Virus record (IMG/VR): IMGVR_UViG_3300008116_003012
Location: 55,007-119,006 of that record
From: a virus
DNA length: 64,000 nucleotides
Strand: one strand, 5' to 3'
The notes under the pieces are model-generated. The model was not told the DNA's origin. It was given only the letters and a program-made list of their open reading frames with translations, and did no database searches. Numbering within the stretch: position 1 is the first letter of the stretch; each line of letters begins with the position of its first letter. Positions 48,984 to 57,445 of the stretch are shown here, in pieces. The translations under genes and the position numbers were made by a program.

Positions 48984-50181
48984 TATGCCAAGTTGGTCTT
49001 CTTAAAGAATTTATTTCTATAGCTTTAATTATTGATAAATCACCCACATGGGGTAGATCTAAAAATCCAGCTGCTGCTCTTGTAGAAAATGATAGTGTAA
49101 CATTTATATTCTTTTCTTTTAATTTGTTAATTATTTCATTTTCTTTATGTAACCTATAATATAAAGGTTTGAAAGAAGCAGTTCCTTCGTAGCAAAAAAT
49201 ATTTGATAGATTGATAAAAGTTTTTTTATCTTTATCTAGGTAATCTATAAGAGTATGTTCTCCTAAAAGATCTGCTTTTACAAAAGAGTAAGTTACACCT
49301 TCTTTTTTAGGAAAGTGTTCTTTCCAGTAATCTAAAGATTTGTCGTTGTAATCAAAAATAATAACTGAGCCTGTGTCTATTAAATCATGATATAATGTTC
49401 CACTTGCAGGAATAACAAGTTGTTCAAATTTTTCAGTTGAATTTAATGATCTATTACCCTCAGTGTTTTCTGTGTGTACAAAATTAACAGCACATTCGTA
49501 ATCTCTGTTATAGATCCAAGGTAAATTTTTTAAAAAGTCTGTTCTGTTTTCTGGATAGTAGTGACGTTTACTGTTTCTAAATGTATGATCAAAAACTAAA
49601 ACTTTTAGCTCTTTTTCAAATGCTATATTTAAGATATTCCATCCGTGGCATTTATGATTATATTTTTTTAAACTTTGCCCTGTAGAAACTTTTATAGGAG
49701 TATAATCATCGTGATAATTTTCTTTGCTTCTATTAGGCTCTATTTGTGTATGTTCAACACCTAATTCCATTTCTCCTATTTTAGGCATTCCAATTTGTCG
49801 ATATGTTTTAAGATTTATAATATAACACTGTTGATGTAACTCGTAATAAGCATCTTTTCTATCTAAAACATGTCCGCATAAAAAGAAGTCTTTATCAAAA
49901 AGTTCGTTAGCTTTTTCTGCAAAACTATTACCTAAGAATTCTGTTCCAGTACTGAAAACAATAGCATATTCGTAACCATCTGAAGCAGCAGCTTGCAATA
50001 GAATATCTTCATCTAATCCTTGATAAACATCAAACAGTTTTTCGTGTAGACTAGATATAGCAAAATCACTTTGATTTTTTATTATCTCTTTTGTAAAGTT
50101 GTCTTGGATCAATGATAGTCTATCTACTAGACAATAAACTAGTCTTTGAGTCTTACCTTTTTTTAATTTAATTATATTCAT
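48964..50181 (-). CDS. Hypothetical protein
   Basis: 405-aa ORF coupled to the upstream AspH-like gene. Confidence 0.65.
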   Translation of the reverse strand: MNIIKLKKGKTQRLVYCLVDRLSLIQDNFTKEIIKNQSDFAISSLHEKLFDVYQGLDEDILLQAAASDGYEYAIVFSTGTEFLGNSFAEKANELFDKDFFLCGHVLDRKDAYYELHQQCYIINLKTYRQIGMPKIGEMELGVEHTQIEPNRSKENYHDDYTPIKVSTGQSLKKYNHKCHGWNILNIAFEKELKVLVFDHTFRNSKRHYYPENRTDFLKNLPWIYNRDYECAVNFVHTENTEGNRSLNSTEKFEQLVIPASGTLYHDLIDTGSVIIFDYNDKSLDYWKEHFPKKEGVTYSFVKADLLGEHTLIDYLDKDKKTFINLSNIFCYEGTASFKPLYYRLHKENEIINKLKEKNINVTLSFSTRAAAGFLDLPHVGDLSIIKAIEINSLRRPTWHINNDWK

Positions 50182-50924
50182 TGTTGTTGAAAATATTGTT
50201 TTCTAAAACTTCTTGCCACTAACTCTACAAACTCATTAATTTTTTTATCTAGTCGACCATGGGCTATAATATGATATCTTGTTGTATTAGAAAAATTTAC
50301 TACACTGTGATAATTTCTAATATTAACTATAAAAGCCTTTCCTTCGTTAAACGGAACACACCCATGATTTTCTAATGTAAGATAACAATCTTCTGGGTGA
50401 ATAACTGCTAAATTTATCGGAACTCCAAATTTTAATGCATCAAAGTTTTCTTCGCCTGGCAGCTTTCCTGGCCGATCACTGTGAGGATTTATGTAGCCTC
50501 CAGGTTCTACAGCCATAATCCTAATTCTTCTATAACTGTCATATGGAAAGTTTTCCCAGAATGTTTTTATTGTTTTACATTTATCTGCTATCTCAGTCCA
50601 ATTATAAGGAACATCGTCCTCGTTAGTGTATCCATGATTGGTCCATGCACCAGTTGCTTCTACATTTATTCCGTGAATGCAAGCACTTTTCCATCCTTGG
50701 CTTTCGCTTTCCCTATGATTGACTATTTTGTCTTTACACTCTAGTATTTCTTTTTTCCAAGAATCTAAATCTATATTAACATCAAGTTCAAGCCAAGCAA
50801 AATCACTGCGATTCAATAACCAATTAGCTAATTCGTAGTCTGACATTTCCATGCTAGGCGGCGATGGTAATTTACTATTAAAAGTTTTGTTAGATAGATA
50901 GAAATTTTTAGCTTTAAATATCAT
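50178..50924 (-). CDS. Aspartyl/asparaginyl beta-hydroxylase-like 2OG-Fe(II) oxygenase
   Basis: RIRIMAVEPGGYINPHSD...HSVVN...RYHII. Confidence 0.8.
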   Translation of the reverse strand: MIFKAKNFYLSNKTFNSKLPSPPSMEMSDYELANWLLNRSDFAWLELDVNIDLDSWKKEILECKDKIVNHRESESQGWKSACIHGINVEATGAWTNHGYTNEDDVPYNWTEIADKCKTIKTFWENFPYDSYRRIRIMAVEPGGYINPHSDRPGKLPGEENFDALKFGVPINLAVIHPEDCYLTLENHGCVPFNEGKAFIVNIRNYHSVVNFSNTTRYHIIAHGRLDKKINEFVELVARSFRKQYFQQQ

Positions 50925-52102
50925 AAGTTATTAAACTCGATGTCTGTAAATTCTGGAGTATTTGTTTTAATTTCAATATAACGTTTATAATTATGTTGAA
51001 CCGCTTCTTGACAATTTTTCAAAAGATCAGTGTATTGATCTAATGGCAAAGCATTTATTCGTTCTATTTCTTTAATTATTAATTCTGCTCTAATTTTTGG
51101 ATCTGTTTCATCATCATACTGTTCATTGATCATAGGGGAGAATGTTTTAAAATCCAGTCGTTTAAGATTTTTAAGATAACCTGCATCGGAGTATATTAAA
51201 AAAGGCTTTGATGTAATAATTGCCTTCCAAGTTTTCTCTCCCATTTCTACAGAACGAGTATTGTACTTAGATTCTTCTAAATCAAAAAATCCATTTTCAA
51301 TAACTAAATGTAAATCAGATGCAAATAATTCGTTTGGGGTTTCTGCATCTGATTTGAAATTTTCTTTTTCTATATAATGAGGGCATAGTTCTATAAATTC
51401 TATAACTTCGTTAGATAATTCATAGTTGCATACTGTTGTTAAATCGTTTAAAATTCTACTAGGATCGTTTATTATTTTCCAGTTACCGGTCGCTAAAATT
51501 TCTGTTATATCCAATTGTTGTTCAACTGATTTATTAACAGCATCTGTCATGTCATTTTCACAGCCCATAAAAGAATAGTGAAAGTTATCTAACAAATTTT
51601 GTTCTTTTAATCTACACAACATATAAGATCTCCAAGGTCGATGCAATCTGCATAGTACACTGAATTTTTTATTGTCAATTTGTGTTTTATTTTCTGACAA
51701 TTTCATATGTTTAATGTCGTAGTTATATTCTACAACTATGATATTGTTATTGTTAAATCGTTTTTCTATAAACTCTTTTTGCAACTTATTGCTGACTGTA
51801 ATTATTAACTGTCTAGGATTTAATTTCCATTTTTCAAAAAGGAATACTATTTCTTCTATTGTTGAACTTTCTATTGGTTCCCCGTTAAAGTCATAAATGA
51901 GTTTTATATTAGGATTAACTTGTAAAAAATTTAGTTGTTCGTCGGTAAGGCAATCACTAAACTCTATATCGTATACCTGATCGCACCAATTATAGTAAAA
52001 ACAATAAGGTTCAGAAATTGAACTGTTCCAGTCTTCAATAGGAAGTGTATTGTAAACATGCTTGATGTGTCTGTTTATTTTTTTTTGAAATAATAAGGGC
52101 AT
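50921..52102 (-). CDS. Glycosyltransferase-like hypothetical protein (same family as 28210..29379)
   Basis: VIEN...EKTWK...KPFL...FKTF...NEQYD. Confidence 0.5.
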   Translation of the reverse strand: MPLLFQKKINRHIKHVYNTLPIEDWNSSISEPYCFYYNWCDQVYDIEFSDCLTDEQLNFLQVNPNIKLIYDFNGEPIESSTIEEIVFLFEKWKLNPRQLIITVSNKLQKEFIEKRFNNNNIIVVEYNYDIKHMKLSENKTQIDNKKFSVLCRLHRPWRSYMLCRLKEQNLLDNFHYSFMGCENDMTDAVNKSVEQQLDITEILATGNWKIINDPSRILNDLTTVCNYELSNEVIEFIELCPHYIEKENFKSDAETPNELFASDLHLVIENGFFDLEESKYNTRSVEMGEKTWKAIITSKPFLIYSDAGYLKNLKRLDFKTFSPMINEQYDDETDPKIRAELIIKEIERINALPLDQYTDLLKNCQEAVQHNYKRYIEIKTNTPEFTDIEFNNL

Positions 52103-52147
52103 GGTAATATTTATGAGAAATATATGCTAAGATAAATATTACCATGC
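52099..52147. promoter_or_regulatory. Perfect 16-bp inverted repeat forming back-to-back TAAATA late-type promoter plus ATG units
   Basis: GCATGGTAATATTTAT (52099-52114) and ATAAATATTACCATGC (52132-52147). Confidence 0.8.
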
Positions 52148-52773
52148 TTACTACTAACGGATTAATAAATTGGGAATCCATTATTTCAAATTTGGCAACT
52201 GTTCACGGTTCAATTCGTCATGTAGATCAAACCATTGATCCAACAAAAACAAATTTACAAACTTATCAAGAAATTATTAATAAAGGTCTACTGCCGTTTG
52301 AATTTAGTAGAACACCGTTTGTTGAGATGGTTAAGAATTATTTTGATCAAGGGCTAGATTTTACAAAAATAACCTTTCAAAATTTTTATCCAGATATAGA
52401 ACAGTATAATTCTGAGAATCATTTTTCAAAATCTATAGTAGATAAATTTGAAAATCTTATTGGATGTTCAGTTCAGGAATGTTGGATTAGCAAAGTTGAT
52501 GCATACTCAACTATACCTTTTCACAAAGACGAATTTGATCAAGAGAAAACGTGGATTGAATTAGAAAAGAAAAATTTAGTTAGATATATGGTATTCATAG
52601 ACAATCCTATAAAAGATCAAATTTTTATAGTCGGTGATAAAAAATATGAAAATGTACCTAAGCATACAGTAGTTAAATGGCCTACTACTAAAGAACTGCA
52701 TTCATTGATCAATAACAGTAACCGGCCAAATTACATTTTTCATTTCTTAGGATATCATTTAAATGAATACTGA
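52144..52773 (+). CDS. AspH-like 2OG-Fe(II) oxygenase
   Basis: CWISK...IPFHKD...LHSLIN...FHFLG; same family as 38162..38722. Confidence 0.6.
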   Translation: MLTTNGLINWESIISNLATVHGSIRHVDQTIDPTKTNLQTYQEIINKGLLPFEFSRTPFVEMVKNYFDQGLDFTKITFQNFYPDIEQYNSENHFSKSIVDKFENLIGCSVQECWISKVDAYSTIPFHKDEFDQEKTWIELEKKNLVRYMVFIDNPIKDQIFIVGDKKYENVPKHTVVKWPTTKELHSLINNSNRPNYIFHFLGYHLNEY

Positions 52774-53443
52774 TAACTGGAATTACTACTATAAATTTAG
52801 TCAAGTAGGAATGAAGGGAATGTCCCAAACAACCTACGAGCCGTTAATCAATCCTGAAGGAACTGTTTTTTGTGCTAGTTTTAAATTAAACAGTGATTAT
52901 CATAAAGAAATGGGGCCGCGACCTTTATTCACCCAAGAAGTAGTAGATTGGTTCTTTACTAACGAAGTGAAAAATTTAGAACAGTTTTCTAATAAATCTT
53001 ACTGCCCAGAAGTACTCGATATAGATTATACTAATAAAAAAATTTTTATAAAATGGTATAAGCATACGTGTAACGATATGGTATATTCAGGCAATCCTTG
53101 GTCTAAACAATGGGTAGGTCAATTCAAAGAAATTATGATGGATTTAATTAATGAAGGATATTATAAGTTAACTATGTATCCCCATTGTCATTATGTTACT
53201 GATACCGGAGTTATGAAATCTATTGATTGGTACGGATGTCTTCCTAAAGATAATCCATTAGTTCCTAAAAATTGTATGGATGCTATTATTCATGACTCTG
53301 CTAAATTTAGATTAGAAGAAACTGGCACTGCAACTAACGGATATTACAACATGGAAACTATGTTTAAGAGAGGACTCGAAGAACATGTTCTGTGGGGGCA
53401 TCGCAATCTTAAATTTATCTATGATGAGATTTTTAAATCATGA
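52763..53443 (+). CDS. Protein-kinase-like fold hypothetical protein
   Basis: FTNEV, PEVLDID, YKLTMYPHCHY and SIDWY resemble degenerate kinase subdomains. Confidence 0.45.
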   Translation: MNTDNWNYYYKFSQVGMKGMSQTTYEPLINPEGTVFCASFKLNSDYHKEMGPRPLFTQEVVDWFFTNEVKNLEQFSNKSYCPEVLDIDYTNKKIFIKWYKHTCNDMVYSGNPWSKQWVGQFKEIMMDLINEGYYKLTMYPHCHYVTDTGVMKSIDWYGCLPKDNPLVPKNCMDAIIHDSAKFRLEETGTATNGYYNMETMFKRGLEEHVLWGHRNLKFIYDEIFKS

Positions 53444-53913
53444 AGATTTATATCTTAGGTAAATCGAGAGGGTTAGGATACGATCTTGGAGAACTATTTA
53501 AAGCTGATGGACATCAAGTAATAGGAATTGATCGTTCAACAGGTATTGACATTAAAATAGATTATCAAAATTTTTTACAAGACATAGAACCTGACAGTTT
53601 AGTCATTATTAATGCCTATGCCGATGGATCCCAAATTTCTGTACTAGAACAATTAATTAATAGAAAAAATAAAGTTGTAGTTATGGGATCTATAGCTGCT
53701 AGGTACCAAGATAGTTCTATGCTAGAATACAGTAAGAACAAAAAAGATCTAGAAGATTATTTCATGCACCAAGCTATAGAAACTAAAAAATCAGATCTAC
53801 TCATTTTAAATCTCACAGGTAAATCATATTTAAACAGCAAGTTAATTTACAATTCTATAAACTTTTGGTTACTAAATACTGATATAATAGCATTTTCTTA
53901 TAGGACCAAATGA
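53440..53913 (+). CDS. Short SDR-like NAD(P)-binding protein
   Basis: GKSRGLG, INAY, MGS and YSKNK (YxxxK). Confidence 0.7.
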   Translation: MKIYILGKSRGLGYDLGELFKADGHQVIGIDRSTGIDIKIDYQNFLQDIEPDSLVIINAYADGSQISVLEQLINRKNKVVVMGSIAARYQDSSMLEYSKNKKDLEDYFMHQAIETKKSDLLILNLTGKSYLNSKLIYNSINFWLLNTDIIAFSYRTK

Positions 53914-54761
53914 TGCAAACTGGAATAGTAAAATGGTTTAACAACTCTAAATCGTACGGATTAATAATTGCCGACAACGGTGAAGAAATTCCTGTTGTTA
54001 ATTACAGAGAGCATTGTTTGTTAGAAGGTCAAAAAGTTAAGTTTGATCTCAACAATCAAAATGAATCACCAGTTGCTGTAAATTTACAAATTGTAGATAA
54101 AGAATTTAGTAGACTAAAAGAAAAATCTTCAAAATATAAAGAACAAATATTGCACAATTATCCTAGAGTTTCTGTTTATGATAATGTGTTGTCTAACGAT
54201 TACTGCGACGATTTAATAAAGAGAAGTTTAGATCCTAGTTATCCAGGAAGGTACTTGTCAATGTCTGATCATAGGTCTGATTGTGAACACGATACACACG
54301 GGCAAGCTAACGATAGAAATATTCATAGAAGGATATTAAATGATTTTACCTACTCAGACTATGACATAATAGCTACAGCTTGTTCAGAAGCATTAGGTAG
54401 ACCTTATCATCTTATAGAGTCTGCTGATATTCTGTATTACGAAAAAGGTCATTATATGACTCCTCATCATGATTGGCCTTACGATCCTACTAAGTTAGAC
54501 TATTATAAAAAGGCAGGCACTAGAGATGCAGTAGCATTGATATATCTCAATGATAATTTTCAAGGAGGAGAAACATATTTTCCTAAATTAGATGTTACTA
54601 TTACTCCTAAAAAAGGCAGCATGTCAGTTTGGAATCACACTCAAGATTTAAATTTAGATTGGTCGTTAGTACACGAAAGCAAAGAAATTTTAGAAGGTGA
54701 AAAATTTGCTATTATTTTTTGTCTTAGCAGTTTGCCTAGACCTGAAAGTCGAGGAAATTAA
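53910..54761 (+). CDS. Cold-shock domain fused to a prolyl-4-hydroxylase-like 2OG-Fe(II) oxygenase
   Basis: N-terminal QTGIVKWFNNSKSYGLI...LEGQKVKF...AVNL; C-terminal PHHD, IYLND..GGETYFP, HES and GEKF. Confidence 0.8.
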   Translation: MMQTGIVKWFNNSKSYGLIIADNGEEIPVVNYREHCLLEGQKVKFDLNNQNESPVAVNLQIVDKEFSRLKEKSSKYKEQILHNYPRVSVYDNVLSNDYCDDLIKRSLDPSYPGRYLSMSDHRSDCEHDTHGQANDRNIHRRILNDFTYSDYDIIATACSEALGRPYHLIESADILYYEKGHYMTPHHDWPYDPTKLDYYKKAGTRDAVALIYLNDNFQGGETYFPKLDVTITPKKGSMSVWNHTQDLNLDWSLVHESKEILEGEKFAIIFCLSSLPRPESRGN

Positions 54762-54763
54762 AA

Positions 54764-54937
54764 ATGAATCAACAAGAAGAAGAATTTTTTTTAAAAAAGT
54801 TTATGGAATTACAACAAGCTAATGCAGCTCTATATAAAATATTACTTGATCTCTATCAATTAGAAAATGTTAAAGAAACAGTAGATAAGAAAATGCCAAA
54901 CGGATTTTTAGACTTTGTAAGAAAAAATTTAATTTAA
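54764..54937 (+). CDS. Small hypothetical protein (57 aa), below the ORF-track cutoff
   Basis: Manual translation MNQQEEEFFLKKFMELQQANAALYKILLDLYQLENVKETVDKKMPNGFLDFVRKNLI; GAGG SD and TAATG coupling to the next gene. Confidence 0.65.
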   Translation: MNQQEEEFFLKKFMELQQANAALYKILLDLYQLENVKETVDKKMPNGFLDFVRKNLI

Positions 54938-55563
54938 TGAAAATAGTAATTACAGGACATACACGAGGATTAGGCAAAGCCTTCTACGACTATTTTGTAA
55001 AAGACCCTTCTAACACTGTTATTGGTCTATCTAAAAGTCAAGGAGTTAATGTAGAGTCAACTGACACTGTTATTAATTTAGCAACAGGTTGTGATCTTTT
55101 TATTAACAATGCATACAGCGGCACTGCTCAAAATAGATTAGTTAAAAGACTAAACGGATTAGTGCCTATGATAGTAGTTTCTGGATCTCAGGGCGGATAT
55201 TTTAGTAACTTAATTCCAACAGAATATGGTCAACACAAAAAAGATCTAGCTGAACTGTGTCATATGATTTCGTTAGATAAAAACAGTACTACAAAAATAC
55301 TTCATTTAGATTTGTCTTGTTTAGAGGGCAACGAAGTTGATATTGATGATCCCAACAACATCAAATGCGATTCTATTACAGCGTTAAGTGATATAGTAGC
55401 TACTGTAGATTTTTGGATTAAACTTCCAACATTTAACAACGTTAGATTTAATTTTAAAATCACTGACCTGCTATATAATCAAATATCAACTAAGCTACAT
55501 ACCGGTGCAGAGTTAGACTGTTTATTAGAAAAAATTAAACAGGCTGCTGATAAATCAGCTTAG
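54937..55563 (+). CDS. Short SDR-like NAD(P)-binding protein
   Basis: ITGHTRGLG, FINNAY, SGS and YGQHK. Confidence 0.75.
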   Translation: MKIVITGHTRGLGKAFYDYFVKDPSNTVIGLSKSQGVNVESTDTVINLATGCDLFINNAYSGTAQNRLVKRLNGLVPMIVVSGSQGGYFSNLIPTEYGQHKKDLAELCHMISLDKNSTTKILHLDLSCLEGNEVDIDDPNNIKCDSITALSDIVATVDFWIKLPTFNNVRFNFKITDLLYNQISTKLHTGAELDCLLEKIKQAADKSA

Positions 55564-56239
55564 CCTTTTCCATAGTACTGTCTAAGAAGTTTGTTTTAAA
55601 AGTTTCAAACGTCAGTGTCTGTATTTTCCAGAACGATGTTAGTTCATCTGGATTAATTTTTAAAGAATCAAAAATAGGTTGTAGACTTTTTTGTCTATCC
55701 TTGCTGATATGACTCATCAGACTGCTCATAGTTATTTCTTCGTCTTTATCAGTATAACAAAAGAAATAATTTATGCCTTTCATTTTTCCATCAACAATAA
55801 AATAGCTACTAGGGTGCATGGACATTTTGTAAACACCTAATGCTTTATAACTTTTAATAATATCAAGCATTTGTTCTTCCCAATCTGGAAGTACTTGACT
55901 GTAATCTTTTCCTTGACATCCTGCTAGTTCCCACATGTCAGGTCCGTCTATTTTTAGAAATATTTTTCTGTTTGTATAGTCAATGTCTAGAATTTCTGGT
56001 ACATGCTCAGGATAGTGTTCACTTACTAGTTTAATAAACTCTACTTCACGTAACCATTTATATTCCATTAAGCTAGGATCAACCACTTCGTTTTTCCCAC
56101 CATGATATCCGTAGTCGTTATAGTACCATTGACAAAAAGTTTTTTTATCTTTGCTAATAAGACTTGTATAGATTAGATTATTTCTGCACAATCCTTTTTC
56201 AGGAACGTTATTATAGTAGTATTCGAATTCTGTATTCAT
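55535..56239 (-). CDS. Protein-kinase-like fold hypothetical protein (paralog of 52763..53443)
   Basis: WLREV, PEILDIDYTNRKIF and YKMSMHPSSYF; start moved to ATG 56239, after TAAATA 56244-56249. Confidence 0.5.
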   Translation of the reverse strand: MNTEFEYYYNNVPEKGLCRNNLIYTSLISKDKKTFCQWYYNDYGYHGGKNEVVDPSLMEYKWLREVEFIKLVSEHYPEHVPEILDIDYTNRKIFLKIDGPDMWELAGCQGKDYSQVLPDWEEQMLDIIKSYKALGVYKMSMHPSSYFIVDGKMKGINYFFCYTDKDEEITMSSLMSHISKDRQKSLQPIFDSLKINPDELTSFWKIQTLTFETFKTNFLDSTMEKAKLIYQQPV

Positions 56240-56264
56240 GAGATATTTAACAAATAAATAATGC

Positions 56265-56949
56265 ATGATTAAAGGAATTGGCGATAAGCCCTACATTAAC
56301 TTAGATCCTTACTTAGATATAGAAGGATTTAAAAGCCTGCATCCAGAGATTTCTAAAGGTATGGCGTTGGCTAGAGAATACGCTAAAGAAGGCACTTGGA
56401 TGGCGCCTGGATTTAAATGGGAAGACGCTAGTTACATAGTAGACTGGAAACCAATTTACAAAGCCTTTGACGAATATCAAAAACTGTCAGACGATCATCC
56501 TATTAAGATTGCTGGTAAAGATATTTTGCCCAGCAACTTTAAAGATTACAGACAACGTAATATTTCTAGTAGATTGGATTAATAATCTAGTAACTACAGG
56601 TGTCATCGATCAAATAGGCAGAGTTATAATTTTTTTATGCGATCATAATGGCAAAGCATTTGAACATAGAGATTTAGATGCCAAACACGGCATATTTGAA
56701 AATGGTCAATATACCGATCATAAAAATGAATTTATACACATACGCCCGAGAACTAAGAGAGGATTTTATGTTAGAGATTCAGAAACTGAAAACAAATTTT
56801 ATATGAACGGTCATGCATCATTCTGGAATGATCAAGATTGGCATGGAGGAGAATCTTCTAAAGAACAGGAATACGGTGTTAGAATTGACTGTGTATTCTC
56901 AGAAGATTTTAGAAAACGCTTAGGCATTGATCACCTAAACAACTATTAA
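56265..56949 (+). pseudogene. Split 2OG-Fe(II)-like oxygenase gene (+1 frame break or deletion near 56565)
   Basis: ORF 56265..56582 has the real start after TAAATA. ORF 56467..56949 lacks a good start but carries EHRD...WHGG...RID. The frames overlap. Confidence 0.6.
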
Positions 56950-56950
56950 T

Positions 56951-57445
56951 ATGCAACTTATCGGAAATTATAAAACTTGGGTTGATCCGCAGTGGTTTAA
57001 ATTAACAACAGAATTACCTGGAAAGCCTAGACCCGATTTTAACAAGTTATTAAATAGTTTTGAAGAAGAACAGTATCAAATAGCTCAAAATGTAGGTTAT
57101 GATTTTTCTAAGCCTCTATGGACTATCTACGAAAAAGATGATATTGTTATAGACATTAATCCGCCTTGGTGTTCTGGAAAAGTAACTTGGTGGATAACAA
57201 AATTAATGCCAGGACAATTTATGCCCATGCATTCAGATCCGTTTACTCATGAATCTAATGTTAAAAGATATTGGATGCCCCTTATGGACTATGAGCCCGG
57301 ACATGTCTTTATCTACAAAGGCGAAATGCTTAAAGATTATAAACTAGGGGACTTATATCTTTTTGACAATGCTACCGATTTACACGGTGCTGCCAATATA
57401 AGTTACTCCCCTAGAATAATGCTTCAGATATCTGAATATCTTTAA
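56951..57445 (+). CDS. AspH-like 2OG-Fe(II) oxygenase
   Basis: PGQFMPMHSD...LHGAAN...RIMLQ. Confidence 0.7.
   Translation: MQLIGNYKTWVDPQWFKLTTELPGKPRPDFNKLLNSFEEEQYQIAQNVGYDFSKPLWTIYEKDDIVIDINPPWCSGKVTWWITKLMPGQFMPMHSDPFTHESNVKRYWMPLMDYEPGHVFIYKGEMLKDYKLGDLYLFDNATDLHGAANISYSPRIMLQISEYL

Noticed and set aside
25564-57445. The island as a bacterial contaminant or mobile element
   Set aside because: No integrase, transposase or terminal repeats are visible, and it uses the same TAAATA boxes as the flanking phage structural genes.
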